A stretch of 32,000 bases of DNA from Candidatus Saccharimonadota bacterium (GTDB taxonomy: Bacteria > Patescibacteriota > Saccharimonadia > Saccharimonadales > UBA4665). The position numbers were made by a program, and so were the translations under genes. The notes under the pieces were generated by a model. The model made no database searches. It was given only the letters and a program-made list of their open reading frames with translations, and had not been told where the DNA came from. The stretch spans positions 540,001 through 572,000 of the forward strand of contig CP064992.1 in assembly GCA_016699935.1 (NCBI GenBank), written 5' to 3'. How positions within the stretch are numbered: the first letter of the stretch is position 1; each line of letters opens with the position of its first letter. Shown here piece after piece: positions 9,428-19,363 of this stretch.

Positions 9428-11603
9428 TCAGACCTTTTGCATTTCCGCATCTGTAGACCCACCATGCTCACCACTATATTTTTCTGGTTCAATTAGTTGG
9501 GGAAATATCAGTTTGTTGCGTTTATCATTTGGGTCTTTTACTTCAATGATTAAACCAGCTTCTAGTAGCATTGGCAGGATTTGGCGGCGAAATACATCCT
9601 CATTTAATAGGCGGTTTTCTAGCTTGTAGTGGAGGTAAATTATTTCTTTGCGACTTACGCCAATATCATCAACGATAGATTTTGAATCTAGCTTACGATC
9701 AGCATTCTTGGATACATAAATCGGTACAATATACTTCTTATAGAACTCGTAAGTATAGGGTGGTACATTCAGTTCCTGGCTTTTGTTAATCTTCTGCCAG
9801 ACATCAAAACCTTGATCAATATCTGACTGAGAGGCAACTATGTTGCCGTTCCCGTTACGACGAAACCAGACGTTAAGTAATGTAATACACTTTATGATTG
9901 ATAGCAGGTGGCTTACATCACGCTGGTGACGTGGCTTAGTAGATTGAACATGACTTAAGAAACGACGCTCAATGCTCGCAGGGTCGGGGACTATTATGTG
10001 TTTGACCTGTTCTTGCTTGATAGCAAGTACACGATCTTTTAGCTGTTGACGTTCTGGACTAGCTTCAATTTTAGCTAGGAACTCTGCTTTATTAGCGTCA
10101 CGAAGTGTTGCCATGTGAACACCTTCTTGTATTTTTCAGTACTAGTTTCAGGACTTAGTAGGATTGCACGAGTGGCTTCTTGCTCATTAAGACGCATGCC
10201 TGCTGAACAAAATATTGTTGCAGGGAATCCACGGATAACAATGTTCTTCGCACGGTTTGAACCTTTTTGATTCTTATCTGTTATTTTGTACTTAATCTCT
10301 TGTTGGTCGTGAGACAGTAAAGGGCGTAAATTCTCCTGAAGCTTAGGGTTTGGTTGCTCCAAGAAGATTAGTATCTTACGCCCAAGATCATTAACGTAGC
10401 AGTCATTTTCCTTGTCGTAATTGACGTTATCGTGGAAGAAAGCCGTTGGGGACGCACCACCGTATTTACGAACATCTGCATCTGGAAAATACTGTGCCAC
10501 TTGTATGGGAATGTATGTCTTGCCAGTTGACGAAGGTGCATTAAAGCTAACATTCAGCTGGCTGTCTTCTGTGAATGCTGAAAGCATACATAAGAAAGTG
10601 ACTAACTTATTTTCATTGTCGTGCTTGATCGTTAGGTCAAGTACCGCTGCAAGTTCTTTAGTAGTTATTTCCTCAAAAGTACTGACATCTATCGGTTTTG
10701 GACCACTGCGTAAAGTTGCGTATTTCTCGAACAAGTCACTTGGGTCAGCATCAGGAAGCTTAAAATAATCTGTTATATCACCGTGATCACCAACCTCATC
10801 GGGTAAGTTGATCTGCAATATAGATGTTGAGGGCAGGGATATTCCGAGCTTGTCGATAAGTTCGGTCGCTCCTTGTTGTCCTGCTTCGTCATTGTCGTAA
10901 CAAATGTATAAATGACGTACAAAGCTAAGTTGTTCAATCCATTCATCTTTGAAAGTACGAGCACCTGCTGTTGATGATATGGCTGGAATACCGAACGCAC
11001 GAAGTACGAGACAATCGAATTCGCCTTCACAGATCACAAGTTGATCGGGCATATCTTTTAGGACATCTACGTTGAATAATGCCGCATCGCCACCTGTGCC
11101 CATATATTTCGGACCGTCAGAAGGCAGGAAGGGGTCTTGACGTAGCTTCATAAAAAGCACGTTGCCTGAAGTATCACGCACGGGAATTGTTATCCAGTTT
11201 TTACCGTAGTAGACACCGTATCCTAGCTCAAAATCATCTATGTCTTCATCTAGCAGGAGACGATTATTTTAAGCCACTCACGAATATTTAGTGGAAGCTG
11301 TTTGTGGTATTTAGTTGCTAACTTACTAGTGGTTGTAGCTGAATTACTAACTAGGGGTGACGTGGTCTTATCACTGATGCCCAAGATTTCACGTAAGCCC
11401 TTCATGCCACCCTTTTCGCCACACTTGTGACAGATGTATTGACCTGTATCTGCGTTAATATACAGGTGTGCTTCATTACCACGACTATCAGCATCACAGT
11501 CATTGAAGATGCAGTGAGTGATGAGTTCTTGACCACGCTCACGGTAGTCGATGTTTTTAGAATCTAAGAGTTCTTTTGGGTTATTATTTTGATTTACGTA
11601 CAT
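9428..11603 (-). CDS. Primase-helicase fusion (zinc-finger, Toprim and P-loop NTPase domains); two frame breaks (T-runs 11267-11270 and 10132-10136)
   Basis: The Zn finger is HCIFNDCD...YICHKCGEKG. It is followed by ITIPVRDTSGNVLFMKLR and a Toprim domain (LVICEGEFDCLVL...YICYDNDEAGQQG). The Walker A-like motif is NAPSSTGKTYI and the Walker B-like motif is KILIFLEQP. Track ORFs 11250-11603, 10075-11181 and 9428-10114 join when one base is added to each homopolymer. Confidence 0.8.
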
Positions 11604-11911
11604 TACGTTCCTCCGTCTCGTATGCCTTGAGAAGGTTTTTCATTGCGATCATGAATTTACCGTGAGCACTGTCCTTCTTATTTTTTATTACTTTTCCCAT
11701 CTATTTTGTCCTTTCTAAAGACGCACTGAACAAGCCGTTAGAGTGGGGTGCTCTACGGTTCGTTTAGTTGTTGGTTAATATGTTGTGACTTTCAAATAAT
11801 CTAATTTGATTGTCTTGCTTCTAATTATACGCCTTTTAACAGGGGTCGGTTAGGTGAGAATTGAATGCTTGCTTGAGGTAAAAAGCCCCAAAAATAGGCG
11901 ACTTTAATCTG

Positions 11912-12562
11912 TTAGAGTAACCTCTGCGTCAAGGATAATCTTTTCTTGAGGCGAAGATGCTTTGGACTAATGTTTTTAAATCCCGCTTCTCCGACTAGAG
12001 CTTGAATGATGTCATTGAAGATATAAACGTCGTCTGTTTCATGTTCATCGAACTTGCCTTTTTCACCAGCAATAATCCATAGCTTGTTTTTAGTCACGTA
12101 TTGATTTGGGCGTTTGACGAATGTACTCAAATGCTTTACGGTTTCTAACTGCGACGATTGAGCTTGAAAGAGTTGCCATTTACTTTCCCCTCTGTGTTTC
12201 TGGTGGAGTATACAAATCAACTCTCGCACCGTTTTCAGCAGAAGGAATCGACTCATATAAGTTTTGATAGAATGATTTGAACCTCGATACATCTACTACA
12301 CGTATATGGATGCCGATTTTATTAGCTCGTCAGCATTCAGTACTCGAATAAGTTTCTTACCAGTCAATCGCTCTAGCCCCAAACGCTGGTAGTTATAGTC
12401 TCGTAATGCAAATCATCATCGCCAATTGTGCTAAATGGCTGTTGCTGTATATAAAATTCAGTCGAGTTTCTCGTATTAATTTCATCAAAGATCTGGCGTG
12501 CAACGAAATAGCTCCATTTGCTTTAGTTTAAGTTCTCCATTATCACCTTCATTGATTGTCAT
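11912..12562 (-). CDS. Hypothetical protein, heavily fragmented (at least four frames)
   Basis: By-eye stitching gives MTINEGDNGELKLKQMELF...QIFDEINTRNSTEFYIQQQPFSTIGDDDLHYETITTSVWGLERLTGKKLIRVLNADELIK..GIHIRVVDVSRFKSFYQNLYESIPSAENGARVDLYTPPE...SKWQLFQAQSSQLETVKHLSTFVKRPNQYVTKNKLWIIAGEKGKFDEHETDDVYIFNDIIQALVGEAGFK. I recognise no family. Confidence 0.3.
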
Positions 12563-12716
12563 GTAGTCATTTTAAGTCAATATCTGGCAAAAATTTTATT
12601 GATACTCGTTCATTCAGAACACGCTAAGATGACTAAAGTTAAATAGCAATCACTCCCCAAGCCCCATCTGTCATAATAGTAAGAAGAATAGACTAACACA
12701 AAAAGAGGAGTCTAAT

Positions 12717-12947
12717 ATGATCAAAAAGACAATCAGCAATCGACATAAAATAACCTACTTGACCTTAGTAAACATCGCAGACGATATTCAACATAATTAT
12801 AGTGTGGCTGATGTTTGTAGAAAGAACGGAATTAGCCGCCAGACATTCTACTATTACTTAAATAATGAGCCTGAATTCACGGAGTTAATAATCAAAGCGT
12901 ACAAGTATCAGAGCGAAGTACCCACGCCTTTCTTTACAACTCGTTGA
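12717..12947 (+). CDS. Small helix-turn-helix DNA-binding protein
   Basis: Intact 76-aa ORF with a strong Shine-Dalgarno sequence (agaggag) 7 nt upstream. YSVADVCRKNGISRQTFYYYLN is an HTH pattern of the type seen in resolvase, IS and terminase-small-subunit N-termini. It is divergent from the replication/integration genes. Confidence 0.55.
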   Translation: MIKKTISNRHKITYLTLVNIADDIQHNYSVADVCRKNGISRQTFYYYLNNEPEFTELIIKAYKYQSEVPTPFFTTR

Positions 12948-13432
12948 TCTGACAGTTGTGCGAAAACTCCCTTGCTTTTGTGGGGTTTTCTTCAATTTTG
13001 TGTAAGATCACCACTCCTGTTAATATGAAAATATGACACAAGAAATAAGAAAAAAACGTAAGCTTGAGACAGACGAAATAATCACGGTTATATTACCCAT
13101 AATTAACAGTTAGAAAATGACGTTAGGGGGTAAATTGCTCCAAAAAAAAACTCAGACGGTCTTGCTTCACCCAAAAAACACAAATTTAATGAACGGGCTT
13201 TGAAAATGGTTGAAGCTCACAGAGGTCGTGTAAGGGGTCGTATAATTTAAGACCATAGAATCCCCATTAAAGCTAGAAAAGTCGCTTAAAAGCACTGATA
13301 ATGCGTCTGGCGAAGTCATAATTGTCTAGTGCATTTGGTTATGTAATGAAAATCCAGAATTACCGTCTATCTACAGAGGTGTTTTTTAGAGTACAATATT
13401 GCATAATATGCTAAGAATTTTAGACAAATAAA

Positions 13433-16260
13433 ATGGCGAGACTTACGTTTACTGAAGCACAAAATCATGTAGCTGATATTGCCAATCGTGAAACTTATAC
13501 TATCGACTTCGTTTACGAATTGCTTGCTACTTATGGACGGGCAAGATCTGCCATTACTAAATTACGTGAAGGTTCGTTAAATCTTGCTGAAGATAAAGAC
13601 AATGAAATACTACAAAGGGGAGTAGTCTACTTCAAGCATGTGTCAGACCTAATAAGCTACACTCTACTGCTGAAGAATTGGCGGTAGACCCGTTAGTTGT
13701 TCGCTATAACCCTAGATATTTGATTATTTCTGACTATGAGCGACTCGTAGCAGTTGATACTAAGAAGGACAGCCGTCTCGATATTAATCTCGAGATATAG
13801 ATCGTGATGTAGATTTCTTCTATGGCTGGACGGGTGATGAAATCACTGACGAAAAGACCGAAGCTGTAGCAGACCGTCGTGCTGCTGATAAGATGAAAGA
13901 TCTGTACGCTGAGATCGAAAAGGTTAATCGTGCAAAGCTTGCTGACCCACATAGCAACTTCAGGCATGACTTGAATGTATTCTTTAGCCGCTTACTATTC
14001 TGTTTCTTCGCAGAAGACACTAGAGTGTTTAGTCGTGATGAGCAAGCGATGTTCACGAATGCCATCAAAGATTACACTCAAACCGATGGTAGTGATCTAG
14101 ACACATTTTTGATAACTCTGTTTGATGCACTCGATACGCAAGATAAGTCTGGATTTACGAGTCCTTTCAGTAAGTTCCCATACGTCAACGGTACGATCTT
14201 CGACACCAAAAACACAGTATTGGTATTCCAAAGTTTAATGCTCAAGCACGTAAGCTCATTTTAGATTGCGGTAATCAGAATTGGGCTGAGATTAACCCTG
14301 ACATTTTCGGTTCTATGTTCCAGAGCATTGTTGATGAAGTGCAACGAAGCAGTCACGGTCAGCACTATACAAGTGTACCGAACATCATGAAGACTATTGA
14401 ACCGCTCTTTCTTGATGAGTTACGTGAAGAATTTGATAAGTACTATGACAATACTCAGAGGCTCGAAAGGCTTTGGAATAGAATCAGCAAGATCAAAATC
14501 TTTGACCCTGCTTGTGGTAGTGGTAACTTTTTGATTATTGCGTACAAAGAACTTCGTAAAATTGAACACGCCATCATTGAGAGACTATACGGTGACGAAC
14601 ACAAACGCCAGCAGTTAGCAGGAAAGCTTGAATCTCGAATTAAGCTAGATAACTTCTATGGTATCGAGATAGATGATTTTCCGCACGAGATCGCAATTCT
14701 TTCGCTATACCTTGCTAAGCACCAAATGAACATCGACTTCGAAAAGCAGTTTGGTAGAGAGATTAAGCTCATTCCACTTAAAGATAATGCAAACATTATT
14801 CATGGTGATTCGACGATACTAGATTGGAAAGATGTGTGCCCTAATCTACCTCATAAATCTGGTGTTAAGACTGGACCAGAGCAAGGTGCATTAATAGATT
14901 TTGACGATGAACCTCTTGAGCTTGAGCTGGAACAAGAGTCTTGGGATGAGATTTACTTGATAGGCAATCCACCATACTTAGGTTCTAGCCTTCAAGATCA
15001 AACGCAAAAAGCTGGAATGGCACGTGTGTTCAAGAACTTCGGTAACTATAAAAATCTTGACTTCATTGCTGCTTGGTTGAAGCTCGGTGCTGACTACATC
15101 AAGGGCACTAATGCTAAGCTTGCATTCGTATCGACCAAGTCGATCTGCCAAGGTGAACAGGTCGAGTTAATTTGGCCTTATTTACTACATGACACAGAGA
15201 TTGGCTTTGTTCATAAACCTTTCAGATGGACAAATAATGCCGTAGGAGCAGCAGCCGTAGTATGTATTATACTTTCGCTACGCTCGCCTAATTCAAAAAG
15301 AGCAGCATATATTTATGATCAGAACATTCGTCAAGAAGTTCAAAATATTAGTCCGTATTTGATTGAGTCAAAGAACGTGATAGTCAAGTCAAGGAGGACC
15401 CAAATATCTGGCTTGTCTGCGATGGTGTATGGGAATAAGCCCGTAGACGGCGGCCACCTGTTCTTGACTTTAGACGAGAAGAATTTCCTGACTGATACGT
15501 TTCCTGAAACAGTGCCTTATATTAAAAAGTAATTGGGGGAAGGAGTTCTTGCACGGTATAGATCGCTGGTGTCTCTGGTTACCGAAAGGTGTTGACTATG
15601 AGAAGCTATCCCATATCCCTTAATTGTTGAAAAATCGGTAAAGTAACTGAATTCAGAAAAGCCAGTAAAGACATAGGTGCTCAAAAATTAGCACTTACCC
15701 CTTATAGATTTAGGGATATGAATAATCCTGATACTTTCATTGTCGTACCAAGAACTACTTCCGAAAATAGGGATTATATTCCTTTTGCTTTCTATACTAA
15801 TGACACAATTGCAATTGATAGCTGTCAGACGATTCCTGGTGCAAACCTATCTGATTTTGCTGTAATCACATCAAAGATGCATGTTTCATGGGTTAGAAAG
15901 GTAGCAGGTTACTTAGGGACGAGTTTCCGATATTCATCAGCTATTGTTTATAACAATTATCCCGTACCTGTATTATCTGACTCCCAAAAACAAGCACTAT
16001 CAGAGCAAGCACGAAACGTACTAATAATACGTGAAAACCATAGCGAAAAGACGCTCGCTGAAATGTACGATCCCGATAAGATGCCAGAAGATTTACGTCA
16101 AGCTCACTATGAATTAGATCTTGTAGTAGATAGATTGTATCGCTCTAAGCCTTATAATTCAGATGAAGAGCGACTAGCAGATTTATTCGCACTGTACGAG
16201 CAAATGACTGAAAGGAGAAATCAAAATGAACGAAGAAACATTGAACATCATCGACGTTAA
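13433..16260 (+). CDS. MmeI-family (type IIL/IIG-like) N6-adenine DNA methyltransferase, possibly a fused restriction-modification enzyme; about 8 frame breaks in this assembly
   Basis: Family blocks recognised across frames are listed in order:
- NPRYLIISDYERLVAVD
- FFSRLLFCFFAEDTRVF
- FSKFPYVNGTIFD
- INPDIFGSMFQSIVD...GQHYTSVPNIMKTIEPLFLDEL
- SAM motif I, IFDPACGSGNFL
- catalytic motif IV, IGNPPYLGSS
- the TRD-region block GIDRWCLWLPKG
- C-terminal DLVVDRLY

The reconstructed length of about 940 aa is comparable to MmeI. Confidence 0.85.
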
Positions 16261-18200
16261 ATACGATAAGACTGGTGCATCTACGAAGACCGATGAAATG
16301 GGTATGCGTGAAATGCAGCGTCGGGCATTCGAAAAGAGAAATAGTAATCACTTGCTGATCAAAGCACCGCCAGCGTCTGGTAAATCACGAGCTTTAATGT
16401 ATATCGGTTTAGACAAGCTTATTAATCAGGGCAAGAAAAAGTCATTGTCGCCGTACCCGAAAAATCTATAGGTTCTTCTTTCTCTAATGTTCCGCTCAGT
16501 GAAGGTGGTTTCTTTTCTGATTGGGATGTTGAGGACCGCAATAACCTCTGTTTAGGCACTGGTGATGACAAGAGCAAGGTGAAAGCGTTTATTCGGTTTA
16601 TGAATGGGGAAGATAAGATCTTAGTTTGTACTCATGCGACTCTTCGTTTTGCTTTCGAATCAGAGGACCTAGATGTTGAATCATTTAATGATTCAGTTTT
16701 AGCTATCGACGAATTTCACCACGTTTCAGTAAGTGAGAATAGCCGTCTTGGTGATCTATTACATAACGTTATGCGTAATTCGAACGTACAGATCATTGCA
16801 ATGACAGGCTCATACTTTCGTGGCGATGCAGTACCGATTCTGACACCAGAAGATGAAGCAGAATTCGATAAGGTTACATATACCTACTATGAACAGCTTA
16901 ATGGCTACACCTACCTAGAAACACTTGGAATTGGCTATCACTTTTATCAAGGTAGTTACTTAGACGATGGTGCACTCGATGCAGTTCTCGACACGACTAA
17001 AAAGACGATTATTCATATTCCTAACGTCAATTCAAAAGAAGCGACACAGGTAGGAAAGCACGAAGAAGTTCAAAAGGTTTACGACATTATTGGTGAATGG
17101 GAATCACAAGATAGCGAAACAGGCCTAGAGCTTGTGATCGACAAAGATGGCGTGACTCGTAAAGTGGCTAACTTAGTTGATGATGACCCGACGCATCGTG
17201 CAAAGATTACAAAGTATCTCAGTGAAGTTGCCCGTGAAGATATTGACGGTGTAGATATTATCGTTGCGTTAGGAATGGCAAAAGAAGGCTTTGACTGGCC
17301 GTGGTGTGAACAAGCTCTTACGATTGGGTATCGAGCTAGTCTGACTGAAATAGTTCAAATTATTGGACGTTGTACGAGAGATAGTTATAACAAGACTCAC
17401 GCACAGTTTACGAACCTCATTGTTATGCCTAACGGTACGAGTGATGATATTCAAATCTCAGTGAATAACATGCTAAAAGCGATCACTGCGTCACTACTTA
17501 TGGAGCAGGTACTTGCACCGAACTTTACGTTTACACCTCGTACATCTCCTGACCAAAAAGCAAAAGCAGGTGAGGTGTTTGTAAAAGGTCTAAAGAAACC
17601 ACCTACAGAGCGTGTGAAGCATATTCTAGCTACAGAGCTTGAAGATCTGACCGCTGCTGTACTGCAAGACACACAAGTGCAACGTGCGGCCGCTAACGGT
17701 CATACAGGTGAGTATATGAAGCACCTACAATCAAAGATTATTCGTGAAAAGCTACCTGGATTGAGTGATGAAGAAGTTGAAGTTACTCGACAATACCTTG
17801 CAAGCAACCTTGCATTTAAGACTGCGAAAATCACAGAAGACGGTAATAAGAAATTCATTACGATGGCGAACAGCTTTGTAAATCTAGACGAGCTGAGTAT
17901 TGACCTTATTGACTCAATTAATCCTTTCCAACGTGCATTTGAAGTCATATCTAAAAAGTAGGTTCAGATGTATTCCGTGTCATACAAGACACAATCGCAG
18001 GTTCACGTATCGACATGAGCGATGAAGATGCACTAGCTCTAGTTCCACACATCAAGGCTTTCGTAGTGGCTCATAACGGTAAATATCCTGCATTAAATGC
18101 AACCGATAAGAATGAAAAGCTCTTAGCTCAAGCACAGGCTTATCTAACGGCTCGTTACGCTAAGTGGCAACAGACTAAAGCTACGGAGACAGAAAAGTAA
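16226..18200 (+). CDS. Superfamily-2 DEAD/DEAH-type (DEFH box) helicase; two frame breaks (A-runs 16436-16440 and 17953-17957)
   Basis: The Walker A motif is LIKAPPASGKSRAL. Motif II is LAIDEFHHV, motif III-like is AMTGSYFRGD and motif VI is VQIIGRCTRD. A good Shine-Dalgarno sequence (aaaggag) precedes the start, which overlaps the methyltransferase 3' end by 35 nt. The 61-aa ORF 18015-18200 is in frame with the helicase once one A is added at 17953-17957. Confidence 0.8.
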
Positions 18201-19363
18201 TGGACCTATCAGACGATCTAGTGAAGCTGTTTGAATCTGGTGATGGGCACATGTTTGTTCCGCCAAAGAAACAAGCTCCTGTGACGGCTGATGATCGTTT
18301 GGCTGCTTCATTTCAGCAGATTACTGACTTCGTTAAGAACAATGATCGTCTACCAGAAATTGAATCGAACGATATTAGTGAAGCGTCTTTAGCGGCTCGC
18401 TTGAATTCAATTCGGACCGATAAGACTAAGGCAGAAGCACTGACACTGATAGATGAATTGGGATTACTAGAAGTACCCGAAGCACCGAAGTCTGTTGATG
18501 AGTTATTTGAAAGCGATGCTTTCGGTTTATTCAGCAGTACAGGTGATCAGATATTTAAGATGAAAGAAGCTCTTTCAAAGCCTAGACCAGTAAAAGAGCG
18601 TGCAGCACGCAAACGAGCTGAAGACTTTGATTCTTTCAAAGAAGGTTTCGAAGAGCAACAGCGATTGCTAGGCGAAGGTAAATTGAAGTTACAGCGGTAT
18701 GTCTCAGTCGAACAGCTTCATCTAGGCAAATACTATGTTCATGCAGGTCAGATGCTACGTATTATCGACGCAACCGATAAAAAGCGAGTATATGACCGTA
18801 ACAAAGAACGTTTTCGAGTTATCTACGAGAACGGTTCAGAATCAAACATGTATCGACGTTCATTATCTATGCGTCTTTATGAAGACGGCTATGCAGTTGT
18901 GCCAGCTCACGAAGATAGTGTTTATCAAAGGCTGACTGACGATGACGAGATAAAGGGCTATATATACATTCTGAGATCACAGAGTGCTGACCCTGCCGTT
19001 CAGAACGTGAAAGATCTGCATAAGATTGGTTTTACCTCAACAACTATCGTAGATCGTATTAAAGACGCTGAGAAAGACCCTACTTACCTCATGGCAGGTG
19101 TTGAAGTGGTAGATAGTTATGTGCTGACAGGTGATTATAATCCTCAGAAAGTCGAACACTTCATTCATCGTATATTTTCAGATGCAAAAGTAGACCTGAC
19201 GATTATTGGACCTGATGGGCGAGAGTACGTTCCTAGTGAGTGGTATTCAGTACCGTTACTAGCTATCGAACAGGCAGTTAATATGCTTCAGAACGGTGAT
19301 ATTGTCGATTACCACTACAGTAAAGACGCACAACAGATTGTAGCGAACGAGGAGAAAGCATGA
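18200..19363 (+). CDS. T5orf172 / GIY-YIG-like domain protein
   Basis: Intact 387-aa ORF. The C-terminal half, KGYIYILRSQSADP...LHKIGFTSTTIVDRIKDAEKDPTYL...KVEHFIHRIFSDAKV...PSEWYSVPLLAIEQAV, follows the T5orf172 pattern. Its start overlaps the helicase stop (TAATG). Confidence 0.75.
   Translation: MDLSDDLVKLFESGDGHMFVPPKKQAPVTADDRLAASFQQITDFVKNNDRLPEIESNDISEASLAARLNSIRTDKTKAEALTLIDELGLLEVPEAPKSVDELFESDAFGLFSSTGDQIFKMKEALSKPRPVKERAARKRAEDFDSFKEGFEEQQRLLGEGKLKLQRYVSVEQLHLGKYYVHAGQMLRIIDATDKKRVYDRNKERFRVIYENGSESNMYRRSLSMRLYEDGYAVVPAHEDSVYQRLTDDDEIKGYIYILRSQSADPAVQNVKDLHKIGFTSTTIVDRIKDAEKDPTYLMAGVEVVDSYVLTGDYNPQKVEHFIHRIFSDAKVDLTIIGPDGREYVPSEWYSVPLLAIEQAVNMLQNGDIVDYHYSKDAQQIVANEEKA

Noticed and set aside
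11584-11700. 38-aa minus-strand ORF (MGKVIKNKKDSAHGKFMIAMKNLLKAYETEERNVRKSK) overlapping the primase-helicase start
   Set aside because: It is too short, lysine-rich and without recognisable homology. I mention it only as possible in the replication-module finding.
13143-13170. Similarity between aaaaaaactcagacggtcttgcttca (13143-13170) and aaaaaaactcccgtggccttgctcaa (about 27834-27862)
   Set aside because: Beyond the A-run only about 10 of 16 positions match. That is too weak to call without a statistical alignment.
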